Shown here in pieces: positions 28,088-38,536 of a stretch of DNA of 64,000 bases (position 1 is its first letter; each line of letters begins with the position of its first letter). Source of the DNA: Ruminococcaceae bacterium UBA7075. Lineage in GTDB: Bacteria; Bacillota; Clostridia; Oscillospirales; Acutalibacteraceae. Position numbers and translations under genes: made by a program. Where the stretch lies: contig DKZL01000050.1 in the NCBI GenBank assembly GCA_002493635.1, forward strand, positions 3,516 to 67,515, in the 5' to 3' direction. The notes under the pieces were generated by a model. It did not search any database and had not been told where the DNA came from. It saw only the letters and a program-made list of their open reading frames with translations.

Positions 28088-29056
28088 TTACTTCCATTCG
28101 TCGATAACCACCTTTGGTGTATCACCCATATCGTCCATATCCATACCAAGACTTACCAAAAGATCCTTTGCGGCATTAAAGCCCATCTTTTTCTGCCTGT
28201 TGTTCATTGCAGCAACCTCAATGATAACAGCAAGGTTACGACCCGGCTTAACAGGAATGGTCATAGTCGGAACCTCAATATCAAGAATTTTCATAACATT
28301 GTTTTCAAGACCCATTCTGTCATACACTTTAGCACTGTTCCATGGTTCAAGATTAATGACAAGGTCAATCTTCTCCTGCATTTTGACAGCGCCCATACCA
28401 AACAGTTGACGTGCGTTAATAATGCCAATACCTCTCAGCTCAATAAAATGGCGAATATTTGCAGGCGACTGTCCGATAAGGGTTGAAGTTGATGTCCGTC
28501 TGATTTCAACAGCGTCGTCAGCAACAAGTCTGTGACCTCGCTTTATAAGCTCTATTGCAGTTTCGCTTTTACCAACGCCGCTGTCACCGATTAAAAGACA
28601 TCCCTCGCCGTAAACCTCAACCAGAACTCCGTGGCGGGTAATGCGAGGAGCAAGCTCACGGTTAAGATAATGAACAACGGACGCAGTAAGATCCGATGTA
28701 TTCTGACTCGTATTAAAAATAGGCACATTATGCAGCATTGCACTTTCTAAAATTACATTAGAAGGCTCCATATCCCTGCATATAATCATCGCCGGAGGTC
28801 CAAAGCTGAAGATAGCGTCAATAACCATTTTCTGAGCCTCAGCACCGAAACGACCGAGATACGAAAACTCCGTATTACCGAACACCTGTATAAGCCTGTT
28901 GTCAAAGAACTCAAAGTAACCTGTCAGTTCAAGACCCGGTCTGTTTATTTCAACAGTATCTATTCTTATCTCATCATAGTTTTCCGGAACATAGACCTTA
29001 TTAAGATGCAAATCATCAACTATTTTTGATAAAGGAACTGAAAAACCAAGAGACAT
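28088..29056 (-). CDS. hprK: HPr kinase/phosphorylase
   Basis: GDSGVGKSE, LVADDAV, ELRGIGII, PGRNLA. Confidence 0.96.
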   Translation of the reverse strand: MSLGFSVPLSKIVDDLHLNKVYVPENYDEIRIDTVEINRPGLELTGYFEFFDNRLIQVFGNTEFSYLGRFGAEAQKMVIDAIFSFGPPAMIICRDMEPSNVILESAMLHNVPIFNTSQNTSDLTASVVHYLNRELAPRITRHGVLVEVYGEGCLLIGDSGVGKSETAIELIKRGHRLVADDAVEIRRTSTSTLIGQSPANIRHFIELRGIGIINARQLFGMGAVKMQEKIDLVINLEPWNSAKVYDRMGLENNVMKILDIEVPTMTIPVKPGRNLAVIIEVAAMNNRQKKMGFNAAKDLLVSLGMDMDDMGDTPKVVIDEWK

Positions 29057-29174
29057 AAATTCACCATCCTTGTTAATTATTTCCGTGTATTAAAATCCAA
29101 TTCTATTATACACCATAACAAGGTTCGGTTAAAGTCTTTTTTTGAATTATTTTTCAATATTTTCATTATTTTTA

Positions 29175-29765
29175 TCATTTTTCAGATGAGATTCTGATAG
29201 GAGTAATTTTTAATTCTTTGTCAGAACTAATATAAAAAATGTTAAAATCTGAATTTTCATTATCGGTAAAATTATTAAAAATTGATAAAAGATTCACACT
29301 GTTTTCTTTATCTTCTTTCTTTTGAAGAATAATATGTTTTTCGATTTTTTGAGGTGCTTCCTTTGATTCTGAAATAAATTTCATTGTGTTATCATCTGCT
29401 GCAGCAATGTACGCTCTTGGCGAAATATAATATTGCGACGCCATAAAGCTTACATCATCATACAAAATATGATTATCCACCTTATTGGAAACAATAAAAA
29501 GTTCCATCTTTGTCAGTGAAAGGTCGGGAATATATTTTTGCTTTGCCATAGCACAAGCCTGTTCAAAATCTTCCCCTTCAATACTGACAGATTCAGGCTC
29601 TTCACTGTCTGACAACATATAAAAGCTGTAAACAAAACCGTTTTCACCTTTTTCCACAGTGACGGTTTCTGCAATAGACGCCTTGTCAATTCTTGTTTCA
29701 TAAGAGCATCCGCTCAAGGTAAAAATAAAAGCAAGAGTAAAAATAATTACGCAAAACCTACGCAT
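29175..29765 (-). CDS. Short Ger(x)C-like spore germination lipoprotein
   Basis: Lipobox LSGC; third gene of a gerA-gerB operon; only 196 aa. Confidence 0.6.
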   Translation of the reverse strand: MRRFCVIIFTLAFIFTLSGCSYETRIDKASIAETVTVEKGENGFVYSFYMLSDSEEPESVSIEGEDFEQACAMAKQKYIPDLSLTKMELFIVSNKVDNHILYDDVSFMASQYYISPRAYIAAADDNTMKFISESKEAPQKIEKHIILQKKEDKENSVNLLSIFNNFTDNENSDFNIFYISSDKELKITPIRISSEK

Positions 29766-30804
29766 TTAATCGCCTCCGGAACAATGTAATATATATCATA
29801 GGCACAGCAAATGAAGCCAAAGCAGTAAAAATCCCAAATATATAAGGGTTCAAAATAATTTCTTTCACAGAATTATAATAATCTGCCGTCAGATAAAGCA
29901 GATATGATATAACTGCAAAAACACTCATACACCATACATTTTCATTTTTATTGACAACTCTGCCGATACATATAAGACAAAGAGAAACAAGTATAAACAC
30001 AGACATTGCGCAGAGTGACAAATGAAAGCTGTCTATGCCGACTGCATTTCCGAAATCAGCCGCTTTTGAAAGAACAAATATCTGATAATTTTGCATTGCT
30101 CCATAATTGCCGAGCGCAAAAAACACAAAGAATACTATGATCATAAGCAGAAGGGCAAGACCGCATACAAGAAATACTATGCTTCTTGTTCTCGTTCTGC
30201 CGTTGTATTCAAAAAATCCGAATATTACAGCCGCAAACGCTGTCATAGCAAACACAGCCGAGCCGTATTGCAGTTGTGCTCCGTCAAAATCAAGCTTAAA
30301 GCCCGAAAAGTCAAGATGACTGATATTTCCGCCGAAAATCAGTGCAAATGCAATTACAGCAAATGCAAAAATAAACAGACTGCACCTTGCAACAGCTCCG
30401 ATTCCACGGGTCGAAGCAAACACGCAGACCGCAAGCAAAATAAAAATTACTACAAATCCTGCGTCCTTTCTGTTTCCCGTGCTTGTAAATACGCTTGAAT
30501 AATTAAGCAAGAAATTTACCGTTGCATACACAAAGTAAAGTGCATAAAACATTGACAAAAAAACCGTTGCCGACGGAGTTTCTCGCCTTGCAAAATCTAT
30601 AAAGCTCAGGTCAGTTTTTCTGCTGATAATTCGTGTCGGTATAATATAAATCAAAAACACAGCAAGACCTATAATTACAGACAAAACACCCGACATATAT
30701 GACTTATAAATAAAAGTATAGTTCTGAATAAGAATTATACCTGTCATCGCAACAAACAGAGCTATCATCATTTGAGAAAACCGAGATTTTGAATTACGCA
30801 TCAT
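29758..30804 (-). CDS. GerAB-like spore germination permease (APC fold)
   Basis: ~10 TM helices, G..AVAR motif, between gerA-like and gerC-like genes. Confidence 0.7.
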   Translation of the reverse strand: MMRNSKSRFSQMMIALFVAMTGIILIQNYTFIYKSYMSGVLSVIIGLAVFLIYIIPTRIISRKTDLSFIDFARRETPSATVFLSMFYALYFVYATVNFLLNYSSVFTSTGNRKDAGFVVIFILLAVCVFASTRGIGAVARCSLFIFAFAVIAFALIFGGNISHLDFSGFKLDFDGAQLQYGSAVFAMTAFAAVIFGFFEYNGRTRTRSIVFLVCGLALLLMIIVFFVFFALGNYGAMQNYQIFVLSKAADFGNAVGIDSFHLSLCAMSVFILVSLCLICIGRVVNKNENVWCMSVFAVISYLLYLTADYYNSVKEIILNPYIFGIFTALASFAVPMIYITLFRRRLNA

Positions 30805-32254
30805 ACTCCTCCGTTTCAGGGAACTTCTGAATCTTTATGGTATGCTTTCCAAGCTTTCTCCAGCCATCACGCACAAATACGTCCCTCATTCTTCTCCACG
30901 AAAAAGGAGCAAGAGAGGACATATACGGCACTCCGAAGGATGTCTTGCCGCACATATTTATCAGCAAAATGCACGCAAGCAACACAATGCCCCATAATCC
31001 GAAAATTCCTCCGACAATTACAAACGCAAACCGCAGCACCATAATCGGAGGGTACAGTGCCGCTGTTACATAGCTGCAAATAGCTGCTGCTGCCACCACC
31101 ATAAGCGAAGATGAGCTTATTATTCCGGCACTTACGGCGCTTTCGCCAATCACAAGTGCGCCGACAATGCTTACTGCGTGACCGAGCGGCTTTGGAATTC
31201 GCAAGCCTGCCTCTCTCATTATTTCATATAGGAAAGTAATTAATATAACCTCAAAAGTTACCGACAAAGGTGTTTGAAGCAATGCCTCCGAGGTCTTAAT
31301 AAGAAGTCCTGTAGGAAAATATTCAGGGTGAAATTGCGCAAATGCCGTATAAAGTCCGGGTAAGAAAACTGCTGCAAAGAAAGAGATATACTTCAAAATT
31401 CTTACAAATGCGGCATAATAAGGTCTGCTTGAATAATCGTCAACGCTCTGAAATTCCTCAACAAACAGATGCGGTACTATGATAACAGCAGGCGTGCCAT
31501 CTACCAGAATAGCAACTCTTCCCTCCGTCAGTTTGCCGCAAACAGTATCAGGTCTTTCAGAAATTCCCACTCCCGAAAAAAGTGATTTTGCCCCCCTGTC
31601 TTCCAGATAATCAGTCAAATATCCCGATGCAAGCACTGTTTTGAGGTCACAGGATGCAAGGCGCTTTCGTACCTCCTCAAGAATATTTTCAGAAACCCTC
31701 TTTTGCAGATAGCAAATCATCATCTGAGTTTGTGAGGTTGAGCCTACCGTAACTGTTTCAAAAACAAGGTCGGGGCTTTTTATTCTTCGCCGTATAAGAG
31801 TCATATTTATACGCAAAGGCTCTGTAAAACCTTCTCTTGATCCTCGCTGAACAACTTCACTTTCGGGTTCGTTCACGCCTCTGAACGAAAAGCCCTGCGT
31901 TCCGATTGCAAGCATTTTACTTGCGCCGTCCACTGCAATTACCGCAAAACCGGACGTTGAAAAGGTAATCACTTCATCAATCGAATTAACCTCCACAATC
32001 TCGCTTGAGGTGAGTACGGTTTTTTCGATTAATTCAAACACCTTTTCAGGCTTTGCATACTCAAAATCATATTCAAGCAAGGGATTGATTACTGAAATCG
32101 CCACAACCTCCTTGCTGCACATTCCCTCAATCGTAATGACAGCAGCATTCAGCTTTAATTGCGATTTCAGCTTCATATCGCGAACAGTAAAATCGGCTGA
32201 ATTATTAAACATCTTTTTTAATTGATTTATATTTTCTTTCAGAGAACTATTCAT
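30794..32254 (-). CDS. gerKA: Spore germination protein A subunit (GerA/GerKA)
   Basis: EPESE.V.RGSREGFTE, ERPD...L.EGRVAILVDGTP, REAGLRIP, IGESAV.AG. Confidence 0.9.
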   Translation of the reverse strand: MNSSLKENINQLKKMFNNSADFTVRDMKLKSQLKLNAAVITIEGMCSKEVVAISVINPLLEYDFEYAKPEKVFELIEKTVLTSSEIVEVNSIDEVITFSTSGFAVIAVDGASKMLAIGTQGFSFRGVNEPESEVVQRGSREGFTEPLRINMTLIRRRIKSPDLVFETVTVGSTSQTQMMICYLQKRVSENILEEVRKRLASCDLKTVLASGYLTDYLEDRGAKSLFSGVGISERPDTVCGKLTEGRVAILVDGTPAVIIVPHLFVEEFQSVDDYSSRPYYAAFVRILKYISFFAAVFLPGLYTAFAQFHPEYFPTGLLIKTSEALLQTPLSVTFEVILITFLYEIMREAGLRIPKPLGHAVSIVGALVIGESAVSAGIISSSSLMVVAAAAICSYVTAALYPPIMVLRFAFVIVGGIFGLWGIVLLACILLINMCGKTSFGVPYMSSLAPFSWRRMRDVFVRDGWRKLGKHTIKIQKFPETEEYDA

Positions 32255-32264
32255 CTAATCACCA

Positions 32265-32330
32265 ATATTTAGAATTTACTCCAAATTTTTATTTATTCAG
32301 GGAATATACTCTCAGATTTTGCCAATATTA
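32265..32330. promoter_or_regulatory. Candidate back-to-back forespore (sigma-F/G) promoters
   Basis: Plus strand GAATA-16nt-CAATATTA before yetF; minus strand GAATA-15nt-GTAAATTCTA before gerKA. Confidence 0.35.
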
Positions 32331-32344
32331 TTAATGGTGATAAA

Positions 32345-33016
32345 ATGATTATTTCTATAATTCGTACTTTAATTCTGTATGCCTTTGTCATACTGGCAAT
32401 CCGCCTTATGGGCAAAAGACAAATCAGCGAGCTTCAGCCTACCGAGCTTGTTATCACTATGATAATCTCTGACATAGCGGCAATTCCTATGCAGGACACC
32501 TCAATCCCCCTACTAAGCGGCATCGTACCTGTTCTTGTACTTGTCGGACTTGAAATCTCAGCAAGTGTTCTTATGATGAAAAGCAGCAAATTCCGAAAGC
32601 TCCTGTGCGGAAGTCCGATTGTCGTAATCCGTGACGGCGAAGTTCTGCAAAGTCAGATGAAAAGACTTCGTCTGACTACTGAGGACTTATGCGTTCAGCT
32701 CAGACAACAGGATGTTTTTTCGATTGAAGAGGTTCAATACTGTATCGTTGAAACCAACGGCGATGTCAGCGTAATTCAAAAACCGCAATTTCGCACACCT
32801 TCTGCTCAGGATATGGGAATAAAAATTGTTGATAACAAAATTGAAACTGTCGTTATAAGCGATGGAAAAATTCTTGATAATTCTTTGATGCTTTGTCAAA
32901 AGACCAGTAAAGATGTTCATAATATTCTCAAAAATGAGCAAACTAAACTTTCCGATGTATTTCTTATGACGCTTGACGCACTCGGAAAATACAACATTAT
33001 TATGAGGAAAAAATGA
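32345..33016 (+). CDS. DUF421/YetF family membrane protein
   Basis: RLMGKRQISEL, G.P..VI.DG, QLRQ, VETNG..SV. Confidence 0.9.
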   Translation: MIISIIRTLILYAFVILAIRLMGKRQISELQPTELVITMIISDIAAIPMQDTSIPLLSGIVPVLVLVGLEISASVLMMKSSKFRKLLCGSPIVVIRDGEVLQSQMKRLRLTTEDLCVQLRQQDVFSIEEVQYCIVETNGDVSVIQKPQFRTPSAQDMGIKIVDNKIETVVISDGKILDNSLMLCQKTSKDVHNILKNEQTKLSDVFLMTLDALGKYNIIMRKK

Positions 33017-33396
33017 TGAAACGAATAATCTTTGCATTTTTATTTTTTTTAATTGTAATTGCCGCTGCCGCAGCAGAGCTTGGTTATGTGACTGCAAATG
33101 CAGATTTGTATATTTCTAAAATAGAATTAACAGACAAACAGGTTTATAAAAATAATTTTGAAGATGCGCTTAATATGTGCGACAATCTTGAAAACAGTTG
33201 GAGGGACAGCTCAAAAAAAATTGATGTAATGCTCAATCACGACTGTATTGACAGCATAGGAGAAAGCATAAACAGAATGACTTCATATATACAAAACGGC
33301 AGTATTGATATGTATTTTGCGGAAAGCAGCAAAGCAAAAAAAGAACTCGCCTCCATAAAAGAAAGCGAGTATCCCTTTATTGAAAATATTTTATGA
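33013..33396 (+). CDS. DUF4363 family protein
   Basis: N-terminal TM, W.......LNH..ID, C-terminal E.P..ENIL; usual partner of DUF421. Confidence 0.8.
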   Translation: MMKRIIFAFLFFLIVIAAAAAELGYVTANADLYISKIELTDKQVYKNNFEDALNMCDNLENSWRDSSKKIDVMLNHDCIDSIGESINRMTSYIQNGSIDMYFAESSKAKKELASIKESEYPFIENIL

Positions 33397-34215
33397 TTTT
33401 CTCTTTTCCCTAATAAATGAAATCAGCCAAAAGGTAAAAAATACAACTGCATTAACTATTACCACACTTGCACCTGTCGGAGTGTCAAACGAATACGAAG
33501 CGCACATACCTGCAAAAAAGCAACACAAAGACAGAATACCTGAACAAATTATTACAGATTTAAACTTCTTGCACAGGCGCATTGACGAAAGTGCAGGAAA
33601 AATGATCAAAGCTGAAATCAGAAGCGTACCCATAATACGCATACCAATAACAATGGTCAGCGCAGTAAGCAGTGCAATAACGGTATTGTAAATACCTGTT
33701 TTCAGTCCTGTAGCTTTTGAAAATGTTTCATCAAAAGTAACAGCGAAAATCTTGTTGTAAAAAATAACATAGATTACAATAACAACCACAGCAAGAACAG
33801 CGCACATAATTGCATCAGCCGTTGTTGTGGCAAGAATACTGCCGAAAAGATACGAGTTGAGATCGGTATTCACACCCGAAACACTGACACATACAACACC
33901 AATGGCAAGTGCAGTGCTCGAAATTATCGCAATAGCCGCATCACCGTTAATTTTACTGTTTTCGGAAAGCCTTAAAAGCAAAAATGCAGCAATAATAATT
34001 ACTGGCACAGCAACCTCAAGCGGAGCAAGATTAAGTGACGCTGCAACAGCGAGTGCTCCGAAGCCAACATGAGAAAGACCGTCGCCAATCATTGAATAGC
34101 GTTTTAACACCAAGGTAACGCCTAAAAGCGCTGCACAAAGTGAAACCAACGTGCCGACAATAAATGCCCTTATTATAAAATTATACGAAAACATTTCTGT
34201 AAGCATCTGTATCAT
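33391..34215 (-). CDS. znuB: Zn/Mn ABC transporter permease
   Basis: SMIGDGLSH, YLFGSIL, G.LLISAL..P. Confidence 0.9.
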   Translation of the reverse strand: MIQMLTEMFSYNFIIRAFIVGTLVSLCAALLGVTLVLKRYSMIGDGLSHVGFGALAVAASLNLAPLEVAVPVIIIAAFLLLRLSENSKINGDAAIAIISSTALAIGVVCVSVSGVNTDLNSYLFGSILATTTADAIMCAVLAVVVIVIYVIFYNKIFAVTFDETFSKATGLKTGIYNTVIALLTALTIVIGMRIMGTLLISALIIFPALSSMRLCKKFKSVIICSGILSLCCFFAGMCASYSFDTPTGASVVIVNAVVFFTFWLISFIREKRKS

Positions 34216-34967
34216 CAGCACTCACCCCCATTATCCTTTTTATGATTGTGATGCTGACAGTCATCGCAGGGACAGTCAGTAATCATAAACTTTCTACCTA
34301 TATCAGAATGTAAATACTGATGAGCAGTGCCGTAAAAATAATCATTTTTTGAAAGATGCAGAATTTTTGATGAATTGTTTACGGCAGCTGTAATGTCGTG
34401 CGACACCATAACAATAGTAATGCCCGACTTGTTAAGATTTTTTATCAGTGCATACATATCGGTAGCCGCCATAGGATCAAGACCCGTAACCGGTTCATCC
34501 AAAATCAGCATTTTGTGCGTCGCACACAATGCCCTTGCAAGCATAACTCTCTGTTTCTGACCGCCGGATAATTCCCTGAAACATTTTTTCTTTAAAGAAA
34601 TAATTCCAACCTTTTCCATATTGGAAAGTGCCATTTTCTTCTGTTCCTTTGAATAAAACAGGGTATGCTTCTTGTTAAGACATCCCGACAGCACTACCTC
34701 ATAAACCGATGCAGGAAAATCCTTTTGAAGAATTGTCTGCTGAGGTAAATATCCAATCTCATTTTGTCTTAATCCGTCGCCGAAACTCACACTGCCGCTA
34801 AGAGGCTTGATAAGACCGAGCAAGCACTTCATAAGAGTAGTTTTGCCCGAGCCGTTTTCACCTACAATGCAAACATAATCACCGTCATTTATATTGATAG
34901 ACAGATTAGGTACTATTACCTTGCCCTCATATCCCATTGACGCATTTTCAATTTTTACAAGTGACAT
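34215..34967 (-). CDS. znuC: Zn/Mn ABC transporter ATPase
   Basis: GENGSGKT, LSGGQ, LDEP; Cys/His-rich tail CPCDDCQHHNH. Confidence 0.9.
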   Translation of the reverse strand: MSLVKIENASMGYEGKVIVPNLSININDGDYVCIVGENGSGKTTLMKCLLGLIKPLSGSVSFGDGLRQNEIGYLPQQTILQKDFPASVYEVVLSGCLNKKHTLFYSKEQKKMALSNMEKVGIISLKKKCFRELSGGQKQRVMLARALCATHKMLILDEPVTGLDPMAATDMYALIKNLNKSGITIVMVSHDITAAVNNSSKILHLSKNDYFYGTAHQYLHSDIGRKFMITDCPCDDCQHHNHKKDNGGEC

Positions 34968-35902
34968 TACGACAGCGCCTCCTCAAGATTTTTTGCATTT
35001 TGCTGCATTAACGAAATATAGCTTACACCATTTTCAAACTGTTCTTTTGTTACATTATGACAGGAGGAAAACTCAAGTGTTTCGGCTCCTGTGTCCTCAG
35101 CAATCAAGCCAGCCGTCTTTCCGTTTGAAAACTCAAGATAAAATACAACAGGAACTTTCTCATCCCTGACAAAATCTATCAGTCGTGTAACTGTTGAAAT
35201 ACTCGGCTCTGTTTCACTGCTGCATCCCGGAAACGCACATTCATAGTTTAATCCATAGTCACTTACAAAATATAAAAAAGGAAATCTGTCGCCAAAAACA
35301 ACTGTGTTGCCGGACGAATTTTCGACTACGGACATAATTTGCTTATCCACATTAGAAAGCATCTGATTATATATTAATTCGTTATTGGAATAATAATCAA
35401 CATTCTCAGAATCAACTTGCTTTAGAGTATCAGAAATAACCTTTGACATCTTTTGTGCATTTCTGACTGACGTCCAGATATGTTCATCAAATTCATCGCT
35501 GTCAGTGTGATCAGTTTCCTGCTCGTTGAGAACATCGACATAATCCATCATCTTAAGAATCCTTATATGACTGTTCTGAAGCGATTCAAGCACCCCATCG
35601 ACCCATTCATCACTCTCGCCGCCATTATAAATAAAAATATCACAATTTTCTATTGAAACAATATCTGAGGGCGAAGGGTCATAGCTGTGAGGTTCATTGC
35701 CGGGAGACAGTAACATTTTTACATCAGCCTTATCACCGGCAATATTTCTTGCAAAATCATAATACGGAAAAATAGTTGACACAATTTTAATTTTTCCATT
35801 GTCAACATTATCCTCTGTGCTGACTTTATTACAACCGGCAATTACAAAGGAAGATAAAATAATAATCAGAAATGCAAGAACCATTGAAAAAAATTTTTTC
35901 AT
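34967..35902 (-). CDS. znuA: Zn/Mn ABC transporter substrate-binding lipoprotein
   Basis: Lipobox IAGC, EPHSYDPS, DEHIW. Confidence 0.88.
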   Translation of the reverse strand: MKKFFSMVLAFLIIILSSFVIAGCNKVSTEDNVDNGKIKIVSTIFPYYDFARNIAGDKADVKMLLSPGNEPHSYDPSPSDIVSIENCDIFIYNGGESDEWVDGVLESLQNSHIRILKMMDYVDVLNEQETDHTDSDEFDEHIWTSVRNAQKMSKVISDTLKQVDSENVDYYSNNELIYNQMLSNVDKQIMSVVENSSGNTVVFGDRFPFLYFVSDYGLNYECAFPGCSSETEPSISTVTRLIDFVRDEKVPVVFYLEFSNGKTAGLIAEDTGAETLEFSSCHNVTKEQFENGVSYISLMQQNAKNLEEALS

Positions 35903-35954
35903 TAGAAACTCCCGAATAATATTATAAGTAAATTCAATACCGACCGAAATATAA

Positions 35955-35993
35955 CAATAAAGGGCTGCATAAATTATAGAAATGCAACCCCTT
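35955..35993 (-). terminator. Probable terminator after secF
   Basis: GGGTTGCAT/ATGCAGCCC stem followed by TTTATTGTT on the minus strand. Confidence 0.55.
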
Positions 35994-36022
35994 ATAATAA
36001 AATTTATAAGCTTAAGCTCAAA

Positions 36023-37030
36023 TTACTTTTCAGCTTTCTTTGATTTCTTGCTGTTCTGCCACATAACCCAGAGCGGACCGGCAATACAGATTGAAGAATA
36101 ACAACCGGAAATAACACCAATCATCATCGGAAGAGCAAAGCCCTGAACTGATGTGATATTAAATGCAACTGCTACGATATAAACAATAAGAATAGCAGAG
36201 AGTGTTGTTACTGAAGTCATAATAGTTCTCTTCATTGTCTTGGACGCACTCAGATTAAATACCATGCCCACATCTGTTTTTCTGCCAAGATTCTTTCTTT
36301 CTTCACGGACACGGTCATAAATTACGATTGTATCGTTAAGCGAGTAACCTAAAATCATAAGAACAACAGCCATAAAGTTTGAGTCAATCGGCATCTGGAA
36401 TATAACATACATAAAGTAGATCATTGCTATATCGTGGAATAACGCAACAAGCGCCATAACACCGGCAGAAAGACCGCCAATCTTCTTAAATCTTACGGTA
36501 ACATAAAGCACCATCAAGATACTTGCAATAGCAACAGCAGCAAGACACTTGAGCAGGAAGTTAAGACCCATTGAAGCGTCAACAGAGCTTGACTCGAGAT
36601 TTATGAAGTCATTGTCAGGATACTTCTCCTGAAGATCTTTTTCGAGGTTCTGCTGAATTTCTGTAGCAACAGAATTATTGCCTGCAAACTGTACTGTTAC
36701 AGTATTGCCTGTATTACCTACAAGGTCAGTTGAGAATGTAGTTGAGATTTTATCTTCTGTCTTAGCCTGAATAAAATCATAAAGCTCTGTCTGATCAACA
36801 TCACCGGTATAGCTGAACTTAAGTGCAGCACCGCCTGTAAACTGAATGTCAAGTGTTGTACCAAAAATGAAGTTGCACACAATACCGATAAGGATAATTG
36901 CAATCGAAATACAGAAGAAAATCTTTTTGTTGCCTGTAAAATTGATAATTTTCTTACCCTGATTATACTTTTCGCTGATTTCTTCCTTGGTCATCTGATC
37001 AGCTGCCTTAGTCTGAACATTATTTGTCAT
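36023..37030 (-). CDS. secF: Protein translocase subunit SecF
   Basis: IQFTGG, LFHD, GYSLNDTIVIYDRVRE, RT..TS.TT; start moved to ATG 37030. Confidence 0.93.
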   Translation of the reverse strand: MTNNVQTKAADQMTKEEISEKYNQGKKIINFTGNKKIFFCISIAIILIGIVCNFIFGTTLDIQFTGGAALKFSYTGDVDQTELYDFIQAKTEDKISTTFSTDLVGNTGNTVTVQFAGNNSVATEIQQNLEKDLQEKYPDNDFINLESSSVDASMGLNFLLKCLAAVAIASILMVLYVTVRFKKIGGLSAGVMALVALFHDIAMIYFMYVIFQMPIDSNFMAVVLMILGYSLNDTIVIYDRVREERKNLGRKTDVGMVFNLSASKTMKRTIMTSVTTLSAILIVYIVAVAFNITSVQGFALPMMIGVISGCYSSICIAGPLWVMWQNSKKSKKAEK

Positions 37031-38429
37031 TCTTAGCACCTCCAAACAACCATTTTTTACGAAGAGGCTTGAAGCCTGCAACACTTCTGAGCATCATACG
37101 AGAGAAGAAGATACCCATAATGAAGTTTGAGATTACACCGACCAAAAGTGTGTAACCAAATGAGTAAATCGTACCTGTTGTTGATTCACCAAAAATTGCA
37201 GAAAGAATGTTCGACGGACCAAATACAAGCATAAGAATAATAGATACGATAACCACTGTCATATTACCATCGATAATAGCAGAAAGTGAGTTCTTTGTAC
37301 CTCTTTCAAGAGCACCGTCAAGTGTTCTGCCAAGTCTCAGCTCTTCCTTGATACGCTCTGCTGTAATAACGTTACAGTCAACACCCATACCAATTGAAAG
37401 AATAAGACCTGCAATACCCGGTAATGTCATTGTAAATGACGGGATAGTTGTAAAGTAACCTGATACCGCTGCAATTGAAAGACCTACCTGACCGATAAGT
37501 GCAATAGAAGCAATAAAGCCGGGCAAACGGTAGAAGATAATCATAATAAGTACAATAACAATCAGGGCAATAACACCTGCATAAGCCATTGCAGTAAGTG
37601 AGTTTTCACCAAGTGTTGCACTGATGCTGCCGTTGCTTACAGTTTCAAGCTGGAAGGGAAGTGCACCTGCACTGATTTTGTTAGCAAGGTCTGTAGCCTC
37701 AGTTGCTGTAAATGTACCCTCGATTTGCGCCTTGCCGTCTGTGATTGCAGAATTTACATTTGGAGCAGAAATCATAATGTCATCCATCCAGATAGAAATG
37801 GTCTGACCAACATATTCCTGAGTAATCTCGCCAAACTTCTGCTTACCTTCCTCGGTAAACTCAAGGCTTACAACATACTGAGAAGTACCGTCTTCACCCT
37901 GATATACTCTTGCTTCTGCAGACTCAACCATTGAACCGTCCATAAGTATTGTTTCAGTGTCACCTGTCGGTGTCTTGTAAACATAACTGCCGTCAGAGCC
38001 GACCTCTGTATCGGCATAAGAATTGCCAGGGCGGAATGTAAGCTGTGCTGTTGATGAAATTTCATCAATAGCTTCAACAGCGTTATAGTCTTTTTCGTCG
38101 GATTTCCAAGGGAAACGGACAATAATTCTGTCGCTGTTTTTATCAGCGTACAATTCATAGTCGGTAATACCCTGAGAAATCATTCTCAATTCAATAATAG
38201 ATTTAGCAGATTCTAACTGCTCGTCAGTGGCATCATAGTCGTTTGCAGGCTTAAATGTAGCCTCAACACCGCCTTTGATGTCGATTCCCCATCGAACATC
38301 GCCGATACCTTTAACAACTGTATTCTTATTGTCACCGGTGTAATAGGCAACGCCAAAAATAGCAGTGAATGAAAAAGCAAGTATCAGCAAAGCAACGACG
38401 AAGAACACAGGCTTTGGAACTCTTTTCAT
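37020..38429 (-). CDS. secD: Protein translocase subunit SecD
   Basis: GIDIKGG, GALP, TLPGIAG..LSIGM.VD.N...ERIKEE, I.DGN.T. Confidence 0.94.
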   Translation of the reverse strand: MKRVPKPVFFVVALLILAFSFTAIFGVAYYTGDNKNTVVKGIGDVRWGIDIKGGVEATFKPANDYDATDEQLESAKSIIELRMISQGITDYELYADKNSDRIIVRFPWKSDEKDYNAVEAIDEISSTAQLTFRPGNSYADTEVGSDGSYVYKTPTGDTETILMDGSMVESAEARVYQGEDGTSQYVVSLEFTEEGKQKFGEITQEYVGQTISIWMDDIMISAPNVNSAITDGKAQIEGTFTATEATDLANKISAGALPFQLETVSNGSISATLGENSLTAMAYAGVIALIVIVLIMIIFYRLPGFIASIALIGQVGLSIAAVSGYFTTIPSFTMTLPGIAGLILSIGMGVDCNVITAERIKEELRLGRTLDGALERGTKNSLSAIIDGNMTVVIVSIILMLVFGPSNILSAIFGESTTGTIYSFGYTLLVGVISNFIMGIFFSRMMLRSVAGFKPLRKKWLFGGAKNDK

Positions 38430-38491
38430 GCCTTAGAAACCTCCATATTCTAATTGGCTATAATTCTCACAAAATTATTTTGCAAAAAAGC

Positions 38492-38536
38492 AAAAAAACT
38501 CTGCTACGAACACAAAACTATAGCCGTAACAGAGTT
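38492..38536 (-). terminator. Terminator downstream of the aminotransferase, overlapping the secD promoter start site
   Basis: 12 bp stem AACTCTGTTACG/CGTAGCAGAGTT (one G-U) followed by a T-run. Confidence 0.7.
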
